This document shows, one piece after another, positions 38,701-49,778 of a DNA stretch of 64,000 bases; positions within the stretch are counted from its first letter, which is position 1; each line of letters starts with the position of its first letter. Position numbers and translations under genes: made by a program. The notes under the pieces were generated by a model. That model ran no database searches. It was given only the letters and a program-made list of their open reading frames with translations, and was not told where the DNA came from. The DNA comes from Podarcis melisellensis (lineage: Eukaryota). Location: assembly GCA_964234715.1 (NCBI GenBank), contig OZ174280.1. One strand, 5' to 3'.

Positions 38701-39836
38701 AGGAGCCCTCCGGACAGGGAAAATTGTCATTAGCACTGCAAGGTTTTTAAAGAAGGTCCTCTGCTCCGTGGCACAGTGATATTTCCAGAAAGAGAAGCAC
38801 AGGGCACATTGTAAGTGGAACACCAAGGTTGCATCTGGCACTCCCTCTGTAAAACAGGGTTTGGCAGACTTCAACTTTTACTAGAACCCCAAGATCTGCC
38901 TACCAAAAAGGCACGAGCAACAGACATTTCGCTCAGGGTTTCTTGGAGCACACTCCGAGTTTAGGAATTGTTTTGCATTACTAATTGCTGTTTTTAAAAA
39001 GCAATTTTGTTGGTGATATTGTCAAACCATTGCTGATCCGGAAACCCTTGCTGATCTACTGCAAATCTACCAGTAGATCCTGATCTATCGCCTTTTCATG
39101 CCTGCAATGCGATTCTTTGGTGACGGTAACAGGAGGGGGAAAAAGGCAGGGAGGGCTCCCAAACCAAATAGGATAGGTGTGCTGAGTATAGGTTAACTCC
39201 TCCTCCTTTCTGCAAACTAATGCACTACCTCTTAGAGTGGTGCTCTCTCTTGTGTCTGGGTCAGGCTCACTTTGTTGAAGAAGCTTTGTCTGAGGGGATG
39301 AAACCAATGTGCTGGGAGCTCACCTGTTGCCCCGCAGCCTCAGAAGAGAATCGGGTGAGTTTGTTCTTCGTGTTAGAGATAAGTGGTGGTTTTTCAGAAG
39401 TTTTTTGGAGGCTGGAATAGCATGATCTTGTTGCTTTCTTGACTGTGTGCTGTGTTTTCCTGCTTCATCCTGTTAATTCTTCTGATCTCCCTCCCCCTCC
39501 GTGAAGAGAGAGGCAAATGTTTTGAGAGAAGCAGAATTTCACATCCAAACCTTGACGGTTGTGTGACATATAATTATTGAAATATTGCAGCAGGAAATTC
39601 TACTGGGGACACATTCCCCCCCACCCCATAAACTACTATAGTAGGGGAAAGGAATTATGTGGTAGCCAGGAATTTCTCTCGGTTTCTGCCTGTTAACACA
39701 TCCTTGCTTTCAATGTGTGCCAATAAATCCAGGCTAAAGGGTATGAATTTAGGCTTGCATGTGAGAGAGAACATCAGGATCTTAGGTTTTGCCTTGTCTG
39801 GTGATTAGTATTGAAGCGAAGCAGAATAATAGACTT

Positions 39837-39940
39837 GTCATCTGGTCCAGCCCCCTGCAATGCAGAAATCTTTTGCCCAATGTGGGGCTCGGACCCAGGA
39901 CTCTGAGATTAAGAGTCACATGCTCTACCGACTGAGCTAT
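39837..39940 (-). mobile_element. tRNA-Lys-derived SINE with CR1 3' tail (POMSINE-like)
   Basis: Reverse: TAGCTCAGTCGGTAGAGCATGTGACTCTTAATCTCAG...GCATTGCAGGGGG. Confidence 0.8.
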
Positions 39941-40415
39941 GCTATTGATCTTGGTGAGGGAACTGCAAAAGACCTAGAAGATTGTCTAGTTCAGGCTTTA
40001 CCACAGTTTCCCCAACAAGTACTATATGAATCAGTGTGCTACAGTATCTCAGATGTGTGTCCTCTAACCATCCCTGTCATCTGGGGAACTTGTTAAGAGA
40101 ACTTAACAGGACTTAGTTAATGCGTAAGATCAAAAGTTCTCAACACATCCTTCATCACAGTCCTTGCTTTCATCTTCAGTTGAATCATATAGGACTGATG
40201 AATTCAAAGCGCTTATGACTGTGTGGGGGAAGTAATCTCATACCAGTGCTCCATCTAACCATCCTAATCAACAATGTAATTAGCAAAATGGTGTCCTTTA
40301 TAATATGCATGGAGGGGGGGGTATGTGGATGGGTGGGTTCATTTGCCGACTGAGTAAATCTTGCAGATGTGAAGAACTGACCCTTGCCAAGTGGGTCACC
40401 ACTCAGAATTATTAG

Positions 40416-40555
40416 ACAGTAGTCGGTAGAGCATGAGACTCTTAATCTCAGGGCCAAGGGTTTGAGCCCCACATTAGGTGAAAGATTCCTGCATTCCAGG
40501 GGGTTGGGCTAGATGACCCCTTTGGTCTCATCCAGCTCTACAAGCCTGTGATCCT
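40416..40555 (+). mobile_element. tRNA-Lys-derived SINE with CR1 3' tail (POMSINE-like)
   Basis: AGTCGGTAGAGCATGAGACTCTTAATCTCAGGG...CAGGGGGTTGGGCTAGATGACCC. Confidence 0.8.
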
Positions 40556-41543
40556 GCAAGAAACATGAGTTGGGATGTAAATAGTTTTATCCTTTCCAGC
40601 TTTGAAAGCTGGGGAAACTTCCTCTCATCTGCATGATGATATCTGCCCACATTCCAACCCTCTCCCCTCTGCAGTTAGTTAACAGTACAGATGGGTTTCC
40701 ATATTCGAGGAAGAAGAAAAAACCATTGGGAGTCTATAGCATCTCCCTTTAGGAGATGGAGGATCTTTAGTTGGCTTCCATCTTCAACGTGCTGTGCGCT
40801 AACTTTCCCCCTGTTTTGCTCTACATGGTTTGTGCATCTTCTCCTTCTACCTTGGTCATGTTTCTCCCACCCCCTAAGTGTACAAAGGAAATGTGCTCTT
40901 CTGTAGTCTCATTAAAAACCATGAAGATGGGTGAGAGGTGAATGAATTGTTTGGAGAAGGGAAGGATGTCAGGCATGAAAATGTCTGCACCGGTTATGTG
41001 TAGAATGAAGATGACAGCCCCATGAACTTCTCAACTCCAAGCAAAGCCTTTAAGGGCCATAATTGCTTCTCTGGGGAAAGGTTGGTGTGCCTGGGATACA
41101 GTTGTACACACAGGCTTTCTCCAAAGTCACATAAATTTCAGGCAGTTAACTAACTAATAGGAGTTGGCTTCTTCTGGGTTATTCCTCTGTATATACGATG
41201 ACCTCAGAAGAAGTTAGAGAGGCGTGGGCCTTGCGGATTACCTGGGTGCATCATGCAGCTGTTTGCCTTGGTTGGCTGTTGGAGAACGTAACTCAGTGAC
41301 AGGCCTGTCATCACTTTCCCAGCTGAGATAGGTAAGTCTTGATGTGGCAATGTCTCCGGAGAGTCTGCAAGGAGAACGCCTTGCAAATGAGAGGTGCCGC
41401 CGGCCAGCTCAGTAAAGGCAGAACTCTTCATATTTTAACACTTGAAAAATTCAGGCACTTTTCCCATTAACTGCTTCCCAAACCCCGAATGTTTGCGGTG
41501 TACAGTATCTTGGTCCCTCCCCCTTTTAAATTTTGTTTTAGAA

Positions 41544-41679
41544 CAGGCATAGGCAAACTCGGCCCTCCAGATGTTTTGGGACTACAACTCCCATGATCTC
41601 TAGCTAACAGAACCAGTGGTCAGGGATGATGGGAATTGTAGTCCCAAAACATCTGGAGGACCAAGTTTGCTTATGCCTG
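41544..41679. mobile_element. hAT palindromic MITE
   Basis: Same TIRs as 26417; TSD TTTTAGAA/TTTGAGAA. Confidence 0.88.
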
Positions 41680-41771
41680 TTTGAGAAGTTTATCATTTGA
41701 CTTTTAAACTGAACATCACTGTGATGAGCCCGTGAGGATACTTCTCCTGAAAGGCTTTTAAAATACTTTAT

Positions 41772-41772
<1 letters not shown>

Positions 41773-41834
<62 letters not shown>

Positions 41835-44800
41835 TTATTATTTGTACCCCGCCCATCTGGCCGGGTTTCCCCAGCCACTCTGGGCGGCCTCCAACAGAAA
41901 TGAAAAATACACTAAAATGTCACATATTAAAAACTTCCCTGAACAGGGCTGCCTTCAGATGTCTTCTGAATGTCAGGTAGTTGTCCATCGCCTTGACATC
42001 CGGTGGGAGGGCATTCCACAGGGCGGGCGCCACCACCGAGAAGGCCCTCTGCCTGGTTCCCTGCAACTTGGCCTCTCGCAGGGAGGGAACCGCCAGAAGG
42101 CCCTCGGAGCTGGACCTCAGTGTCCGGGCAGAACGATGGGGGAGGAGACGCTCCTTCAGATATACTGGACCGAGGCCATTTAGGGCTTTAAAGGTCAGCA
42201 CCAACACTTTGAATTGTGCTCGGAAACGTACTGGGAGCCAATGTAGGTCTTTCAAGACCGGTGTTATATGGTCTCGGCGGCCGCTCCCAGTCACCAGTCT
42301 AGCTGCCGCATTCTGGATTAGTTGTAGTTTCCGGGTCACCTTCAAAGGTAGCCCCACGTAGAGCGCATTGCAGTAGTCCAAGCGGGAGATAACCAGAGCA
42401 TGTACCACTCTGGCAAGACAGTCCGCAGGCAGATAGGGTCTCAGCCTACGTACCAGATGGAGCTGGTAAACAGCTGCCCTGGATACAGATTTGACCTGTG
42501 CCTCCATGGACAGCTGTGAGTCCAAAATGACTCCCAGGCTGCGCACCTGGTCCTTCAGGGGCACAGTTACCCCATTCAGGACCAGGGAATCCTCCACACC
42601 TGCCCGCCTCCTGTCCCCCAAAAACAGTACTTCTGTCTTGTCAGGATTCAACCTCAATCTGTTAGCCGCCATCCATCCTCCAACCGCTTCCAGACACTCA
42701 CACAGGACCTTTACCGCCTTCACTGGTTCTGATTTAAAAGAGAGGTAGAGCTGGGTATCATCTGCATACTGATGAACACCCAGCCCAAACCTCCTGATGA
42801 TCCCTCCCAGCGGCTGCATGTAGATGTTGAAAAGCATGGGGGAGAGGACAGAACCCTGAGGCACCCCACAAGTGAGCGGCCAGGGGTCTGAACACTCATC
42901 CCCCACCACCACTTTCTGAACACGGTCCAGGAGGAAGGAGCGGAACCACTGTATGACAGTGCCCCCAGCTCCCAGCCCCTCAAGACGGTCCAGAAGGATG
43001 TCATGGTCGATGGTATCAAACGCCGCTGAGAGATCCAGCAGAACTAGGAAACAGCTCTCACCTTTGTCCCTAGCCCGCCGGAGATCATCAACCAGTGCGA
43101 CCAAGGCAGTTTCAGTCCCATGATGAGGCCTGAATCCCGACTGGAAGGGATCCAAATGGTCTGCTTCTTCCAGGCGTGCCTGGAGTTGTTCAGCAACCAC
43201 TCGCTCAATCACCTTGCCCAAGAATGGAAGGTTTGAGACTGGGCGATAATTGGCCATCGTGGCCGCATCTAAAGATGGTTTTTTAAGAAGCGGTTTGATA
43301 ACCGCCTCTTTCAGCGGGTCTGGGAAGGCTCCCTCACGGAGGGAAGCATTCACCACCCCACGAAGCCCATCGCCCAGTCCTTCCCGGCTAGCTTTTATAA
43401 GCCAGGATGGGCAAGGATCCAGGAGACAGGTGGTTGGCTTCACTCGTCCAAGCAGCCTGTCCACATCCTCGGAGGTAACAGATTGAAATTGATCCCACAC
43501 AACGTGACCAGACAGGACTCTAGCACTCTCCCGCCCCGGCCCTGCTCCCACGGTGGAGTCTACTTCTTCCCGAATCTGAGCGATTTTATCTGCAAAAAAA
43601 TTTGCAAAATCATTGCAGGAGAACATGTGGCCCGTACTGGGCCCCGATGTTACAGGTGGTTCCGCTAAATTGTGAACCACCTGAAAGAGTCTCCTGCTGC
43701 TGTTTTCTGCAGATGCAATAGAGGCGGTGAAGAAAGTCTTCTTCGCCGTCGCTATCGCCACTTGGTAGGCTCGACGTTGAGCTCTAACCCGTGTCCGGTC
43801 AGATTCAGAATGAGTTATCCGCCACCGGCGCTCTAGCCGTCTCAACGATTGTTTCATTGCCCTCAGATCTGTGGAAAACCACGGGGCTCTCCGGGCTTCA
43901 TGCAATCGGAGAGGGCGCTTCGGAGCCAAACAGTCAATAGCCCTGGTTAACTCCACATTCCAGCGGGCCACCAGGGAATCGGCTGAAAGGCCATCAACAT
44001 GGGATAAAGCATCCCCTACCACTCTCTGGAAACCATTTGGATCCATTAAGTGGCGGGGGCGGACCATCCGAATCGGTCCCACCTCCCTGCAGAGGGGATG
44101 GGTCGCAGAGAAGTCTAGTTGCACCAGGAAGTGGTCTGACCATGGCACTTCTTTCGTTTCACTTTTACTTAGTGTCAGATCACCAACATCCGTAGAGGTA
44201 AACACCAGGTCCAAGGCATGTCCGCGGCTATGGGTTGGGCCAGACTTATTCAGGGACAGCCCCATGGAGGCCATGCTTTCCATGAAGTCCCGAGCGGCCC
44301 CTTGTAAGGTCGTGTCGGCATGGATGTTAAAATCCCCTAGGACGACCAAGCTAGGTGTCTCCAGGAGAACATCCGCCACGACCTGAAGCAGCTCGGGCAG
44401 GGAATCCTTGGTGCAGCGGGGAGGTCGGTACACCAAAAGGAATCCTGTACTGCCCCTATTGCCCAATTTCCAGAACATGCACTCAGAAAACTGGGTCTTC
44501 CCAATAGGACGCCTGGTGCAAACTAATGACTTCTTAAAAATCACTGCAACCCCCCCTCCCCGCCCACATGACCTGGGTTGCTGTGCGTAAGAGAAACCTG
44601 GTGGACAAGCAGCGGCAAGGACAGGCCCATCTGCTTCATCCAACCAAGTCTCTGTTACACATGCCAGGTCAAGTCCTCCATCCATGATCAAGTCATGGAT
44701 GGCAGTGGTCTTATGAATCATTGACCTGGCATTGCACAGCAACACTTTCAGGTCATGTGGGTATCCCTTGCTGATTCTAGTATTCATCCGGTCAGGACCA

Positions 44801-44860
44801 GACCCAGAGGCAGGGATAGTCCTCAGACAACGACTAAACCTGCCTCCTCTGTAATGACAT
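41773..44860 (-). mobile_element. L2-clade LINE, young, 5'-truncated, with intact ORF2
   Basis: Contains the uninterrupted ORF below, an L2-type 3' stem-loop region and a (TTA)n/(AAT)n tail at 41773-41840. Confidence 0.92.
41920..44787 (-). CDS. L2 ORF2: APE endonuclease + reverse transcriptase (955 aa; frame open back to 44859)
   Basis: APE motifs CNARS, VTETW, LGDFN, SDH; RT motifs NYRPVSNLPFLGKVIE, LDLSAAFDTIDH, GVPQGSVLSP, YADD; L2 C-terminus RAFSVVAPALWNALP. Confidence 0.9.
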   Translation of the reverse strand: MNTRISKGYPHDLKVLLCNARSMIHKTTAIHDLIMDGGLDLACVTETWLDEADGPVLAAACPPGFSYAQQPRSCGRGGGVAVIFKKSLVCTRRPIGKTQFSECMFWKLGNRGSTGFLLVYRPPRCTKDSLPELLQVVADVLLETPSLVVLGDFNIHADTTLQGAARDFMESMASMGLSLNKSGPTHSRGHALDLVFTSTDVGDLTLSKSETKEVPWSDHFLVQLDFSATHPLCREVGPIRMVRPRHLMDPNGFQRVVGDALSHVDGLSADSLVARWNVELTRAIDCLAPKRPLRLHEARRAPWFSTDLRAMKQSLRRLERRWRITHSESDRTRVRAQRRAYQVAIATAKKTFFTASIASAENSSRRLFQVVHNLAEPPVTSGPSTGHMFSCNDFANFFADKIAQIREEVDSTVGAGPGRESARVLSGHVVWDQFQSVTSEDVDRLLGRVKPTTCLLDPCPSWLIKASREGLGDGLRGVVNASLREGAFPDPLKEAVIKPLLKKPSLDAATMANYRPVSNLPFLGKVIERVVAEQLQARLEEADHLDPFQSGFRPHHGTETALVALVDDLRRARDKGESCFLVLLDLSAAFDTIDHDILLDRLEGLGAGGTVIQWFRSFLLDRVQKVVVGDECSDPWPLTCGVPQGSVLSPMLFNIYMQPLGGIIRRFGLGVHQYADDTQLYLSFKSEPVKAVKVLCECLEAVGGWMAANRLRLNPDKTEVLFLGDRRRAGVEDSLVLNGVTVPLKDQVRSLGVILDSQLSMEAQVKSVSRAAVYQLHLVRRLRPYLPADCLARVVHALVISRLDYCNALYVGLPLKVTRKLQLIQNAAARLVTGSGRRDHITPVLKDLHWLPVRFRAQFKVLVLTFKALNGLGPVYLKERLLPHRSARTLRSSSEGLLAVPSLREAKLQGTRQRAFSVVAPALWNALPPDVKAMDNYLTFRRHLKAALFREVFNM

Positions 44861-45299
44861 TAAATTTGACATGGGCAGGTTTCATGATGATAACAAATGC
44901 TGGGGATTGGCCATTGGTTGAATTCTCCTGAACAAACCCATTCAGATGTCCGTGGTCTGCTCAAGAGAGGGATACTTCCTAAGTCACATGGGCTCTGTGT
45001 CATTGTGTGTCCCGTTCTAGGAAATGGGACTACCTCAAGCTGTCTTGAGAGGGCTGTTTCCTGCCTGTTTTTAATGGTGTTTCTCACTTAAGAATTCTAT
45101 ACCTTTTATTAAATGACCCAAAGAGTCCAGAAAGGAAGAACAAACCTTAAATTTGGAAGAATACTGTATTCCTCTAAAGAAAAGGGAGTATCTGTGGGCA
45201 CCAGATGCGTCTGATTCAGACGTTGTGGTTAAGTGACCTCAGAAAACCCCCCACTTTTTAGCATACCCTTTTAGAAGGCTGTAGAATTTTTATTTACAT

Positions 45300-45480
45300 T
45301 CTGCCATATAATAAGCCAGACTGTTGGTTCATCTCGCTCCATACTGTCTACTCTGACTGGCAGCAGCTCTCCAGGATTTTGGGCAGGGATTTCTCCCAGA
45401 CCTACCTGGAGATACCAGGGACTGAACCTGAGACCTTCTGCATGCAAAGCAGATGTCCTACCACTGAGCTGTATTCCTTC
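45300..45480 (-). mobile_element. tRNA-derived SINE (Squam2-like); related copies ~27812-27965 (+), ~35337-35420 (+), ~37555-37710 (-)
   Basis: Reverse head CAGCTCAGTGGTAGGACATCTGCTTTGCATGCAGAAGGTCTCAGGTTCAGTCCC. Confidence 0.7.
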
Positions 45481-45870
45481 CACATCTCCCTAACTCTGGT
45501 GGATTTTGACATAGAAGCACAAAAACTGTAAATGTCCTTGATCTTTACATGCTGGTTCAGGAGCTGGTAGGATACGTTTGCCCCAGGGTTTTTTTGGGGG
45601 GGGGGCGGGCATTTGAGTGCATGTGATGCATGTTGGATTTTGGCCTGTAACAGAAGACTAAACTTGCTCATTGTGGAAGGTTTGCTTGTTCTTAGTCCCC
45701 TTATTAAGGGAAAACTGCTTTGCGGCCTACATATTGTGGGTAATAGCCTCAGAGCTCCATCAAAGACAAACACAGTGGTTTAAGGATAAACTGCGTGTTA
45801 AAGAGATTCATTATGACGGGATATTAAACTTCCAGTTTTATAGCAACAGGTAAGGCATGTCTTAGAGACA

Positions 45871-45889
45871 GTAGCGCCACCTACTGTTG
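45871..45889 (-). promoter_or_regulatory. CTCF-binding motif
   Basis: GTAGCGCCACCTACTGTTG (reverse CAACAGTAGGTGGCGCTAC) is close to the CTCF consensus; the CpG is retained in unique sequence. Confidence 0.6.
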
Positions 45890-46662
45890 TATTTTGGTGT
45901 TTCTCTTAACCTGTTTCTTAGCAAAGGTGGATTGTGTTTCAGGCACATGATGGTTAGGGTTAAAGTTCCCTCTCAAAAGAAGTGTATGCTTATTTGTCTG
46001 CATGCTTCTTTGCTCTCTTATTATATACATGACTGAGCAGTTGCTTGGTAGAGAGGGGAAATGTTTGAAAGGCAAATAAATAGCTCAGTGGCAGTAATTT
46101 GGGCATCAGATTAATCAGTATATTAACTACAATCAGAGTCTAGGGGGTTGGTTTTATTGGAGGATATGGAACAGCATCTGTTTCGTCCAGCTATGTGCCC
46201 CCATTTTGACAACCAATAAGAAGGTCTGGTGTGTTTTCTTTGCTGAGAAGGGCTCAGGAGGAAGCTTTGAGTTTGAATGGGAGCAGCAATGGGGACAATA
46301 GGTGTCACAGCTAGTTCTTCAAAGGACTGGGGTGGGCACAGGTTTATGCAACCAACTTTGCATAAAAGTTGTATATGCTAATTTATATATGTTTTTCCGG
46401 GTTTAGGCCCAAAGCCATTCTGTAAGCAAAGAATAGAAATGTTTTTAAAAGTGTGTGTGTGTCTAGGATCCAGGGGCCATCGAAAAGACCTGAAGCTCAG
46501 GTTCTTGGTCAACCCCTTAAATACACTTCTGCCTTATTTTTATGAAACCCGTTTGGAAGGAGAAGGAAGCCTCAGTTCTCCCCCCTCCCCGGTTTTGCTA
46601 GCAGCACCTTCAGCAAAAAGCAAAAATTAAATAGAAAAGTCTGCCTCCTTTGCTTCCACATA

Positions 46663-46919
46663 CAGTGGTACCTCTGGTTGTGAACGGGATCCATTCTGGA
46701 GGCCCGTTTGCAACATGAAAAGAGCGCAACCTGCAGCGACACATCTGCGCACGTGCTGGTTGCGATTTGCCACTTCTGCACATGCACATGTCATTTTGAG
46801 CTTCTGAGCATTCGTGAGTGGTGAAACCTGGAAGTAACCCTTTCCAGTACTTCCAGGTCGCCGCAGGATGTAACCTGAAAGAACATAACACGAAGCAAAC
46901 ATAACATGAGGTATGACTG
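46663..46919. mobile_element. Tigger-like MITE
   Basis: CAGTGGTACCTC / GAGGTATGACTG ends, TA TSD. Confidence 0.85.
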
Positions 46920-47529
46920 TAATTTACTTGTTCATGGCTCTTAATGATCATTCCCCTCCCACTCATTTCACTCAATATCCAGCATATACCACAATATTCT
47001 ATTTAGCAATTCCTAAGTAGCACTGCTGTTCCAATAGTACAGGTATGTAGTAATGGCACTTCACATCTTCCCTCTCCGCAACAAGTTCATTCTTCATGAA
47101 TGAAAATGCAGCAGGTTGGAAACTTGCTAAGCTCAATCCTATATGTGTTTCTTCTGTATCAGACTTAAGGAGCAGTGGTGCTTACCTGATCTCTGGGTGG
47201 TTGTATTCAGTACTATTTTTCTAGAAAAAGAGACTCAACACGGATGTCTCCTTTGTTCTCTTACGATGGCAATAGAGCTGACTTGAGTGGTGCCAGAACT
47301 GAGTTCTGGCTGGGGGTGAAAACCCTAGTTGCGTTGCTGTTGCCAGAGGGTGGTGAGTTTGGCTTGGTGCAACCATCCGCAGCTGTGTTTCTTTAAACGT
47401 AAGTGCCTGTGAGTTCAGTGGGACTTACTCCCCAACAGGTGCAGAAAGGGTTATATACCCTTGCAGTGCCATCATGTCCATATATACTGTACTTGGAAGG
47501 CTGTCCTACTGAGTTTAATGTTTATGCAT

Positions 47530-48260
47530 GTTTGAAACATAAGAACAGCTCTCTGTGATCAGCCCAAAGACCTATCGTTCAGCATCTTATTTCCCATGTT
47601 TGCCAACTAGATGTTTCCTCTTTTAAAACCAAACTAGTGGCCATCACCTCATTCCCAGAGCAGTGAATTCCATAGATGAATCATACACTGTGTTTATACT
47701 TCCTCTTTTAAGTCCTGACTTTCCTGCCAGTTCACTTCATTGGATGACCTCCAGGTCCAAGTATGATGAGAGATAGAGAAAGTCTTCTCTGCCCACTTTT
47801 TGCACGAAGTACATAATTTTATAAACCTCGGTCATGTCTGCTTTTACTCACATTTTTTCTTTTAACTAAAAAGACTTGGATGTAAAGGAGATGTTTTAGC
47901 CCCCACTCCACCCCACCATTCTAGTTGTTGTTCTCTTCACTTGTTACAGTTTTACAATGATTTATTTGAGATGTTATGGCTGGAACTGTACACAGTACAC
48001 AGTGTGTGGCCACACCATAGAGTTGTAGAAAGGCTTTATAATACTGGCGGTGCAGTGATCTGTTTTGTAATGATTGCTAGCATGAAATTTGCCTTTTTCA
48101 AAGCCTTTTTTCATAGCAGCTGAAAACTGAGTTGACCTTTTCGCTGAGCTCTCCATCCTAACTCTGGATCTCATTCTTGGTTTGTGAGGATTCTTTTGCC
48201 CAAATGTGCATCGTTTTCTATATTTGCTCATCTTTGACTGCATTTCCCATTTTGTGGCCC
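47530..48260 (-). mobile_element. Old CR1/L3 fragment
   Basis: Reverse strand encodes decayed PFYNSMVWPHTVYCVQFQP and DEWATKWEMQ. Confidence 0.6.
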
Positions 48261-49210
48261 ATTCATCCAGTGACCTGTGGTGCTTTGAAGCATGGCAGAT
48301 CAGCTGATCCTTGCACTTCAAAGTGCAAGTCCCTTCAAAGATTAGCTGGCTATGGAGCTCCCCATGGGGAACTTAGTGCAGCTGATTCCAGGGAGCTTGA
48401 GCTGAGCACCCATCAGCTGATAAGAGCTGACTTCAAACTCTGTTTTTCTGCTGTGTCTGGTGGCGAGAGCAACTCAGCTAGGACTGACTGTGCTATTGGC
48501 CAGCCAGTTGACTGACTGGTGGTGAGAGAAAGTCTCCCTTTCCAGTTTACAGTTGGGAGCACAATTTAAGGCTCTTTCCGGACTGTGCATTGGCAGCTGA
48601 ATCTGCACCTGCCCCTTTCCTGAGGATGTCACGTATGACATCAGGTGTGGGGCAGGTGGGCATTGTGTGTGGGTAAACAGCCTTGTGTCCAAATTGGGAT
48701 CTGTGCCAAGCCAGAGAAGGCCCGTGAACCAGAGATTCCCAACCCCTGATTTAGCCATGTGGAGGAAGATCATTCTTTATTAGGAACAAAGAAGCTGCTG
48801 TTAAAACAAGTTTTGAAGGTGGGAAAGAGTTGCAGTGAGGGTGAGCTACTCAGCGGAGGAGTTTGCTTTATGGTTTCATAGCAATCTAGCAGTGTTTCCA
48901 CTTCAGAAAATTTGCTACTGATGTATGTTGTGCTCAGTTTTTTTCCCCTCTCTCTCTCTTTCCTTCTGCAGAATGTGAAGCACTGGAAAATGTCCAAGCT
49001 GTTAATCTTCTCATCCTGAGCCAAAACTCTTGATTTTTACCAGCAGGCAACGTTTTAGAAGTTGTCCACTGCTGGCTATAACATGGCTGCAGACCTTTTG
49101 CTACTGAGCCACAAAAGAAAACATAGGACTCTGAAATCCTGCTCTGGATCATCCTGAGGAGAACAGTGTTAGGTGCGCACAACTCTCTGATGTTGCGGTG
49201 CAACGGTGGC

Positions 49211-49382
49211 ATGGCTCAGAGGGCCTGGGTCAGCATGCTCTTCCAGAACCGCAAAGCCCAGCTATTACTGGTCAACTCCCTGACTTTTGGCTTGGAAGTC
49301 TGTCTGGCTGCCGGCATCACTTACGTGCCACCTCTCTTGTTGGAAGTGGGAGTGGAGGAGAAGTTCATGACTATGGTTCTGG
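49211..49382 (+). CDS. SLC45A3: SLC45A3 coding exon 1 (exon 2 = 48972-49382), MAQRAWVSMLFQNRKAQLLLVNSLTFGLEVCLAAGITYVPPLLLEVGVEEKFMTMVL-G
   Basis: Prostein N-terminus (KAQLLLVN..TFGLEVCLAAGITYVPPLLLEVGVEEKFMTMVLG). Polypyrimidine acceptor ...ttctgcag ends at 48971; donor G|GTAGGT at 49383; 172 coding nt, phase 1. Confidence 0.95.
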
Positions 49383-49594
49383 GTAGGTGGCATTATTCAT
49401 GTTATTGTTAGATGGCCATTTTCTGTGTGAGATCTAGTGTGGTGGAAAAGAAGTCTACAGTAGTCCCTCTATGTACAATGCGTGCAACATGCCCATTATT
49501 GTTGTATGTACAGGGAGGGCCTCAATATGGTAATGACCCCAGAGGAACTGCCAGGCAGGTTTAAGAGAGAACTAGACAGGTTTTCAGGGAATGA

Positions 49595-49778
49595 CATAGC
49601 TGTCAACCTTCCTTTTTGCGGGAAATTCCCTTATTCCAGCGCCGTTTCCCGCTGCTTCCCACTGCTATCCCAGATTGTTAGATATCCTGTAGACTGTTCC
49701 CAGGACAGGTAAGGCTGCTCATCCCTTATTTTCAAGGCTGCTGATCCCTTATTTTAAATCTGAAAGTTAACAGCTATG
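49595..49778. mobile_element. DNA transposon MITE (hAT-like) in intron 2
   Basis: TIR CATAGCTGTCAAC / GTTAACAGCTATG; internal duplicated AGGCTGCT(C/G)ATCCCTT block. Confidence 0.7.

Noticed and set aside
39837-40480. tRNA-Lys-like sequences as tRNA genes
   Set aside because: Degenerate stems and fused to CR1-type tails, so SINE heads.
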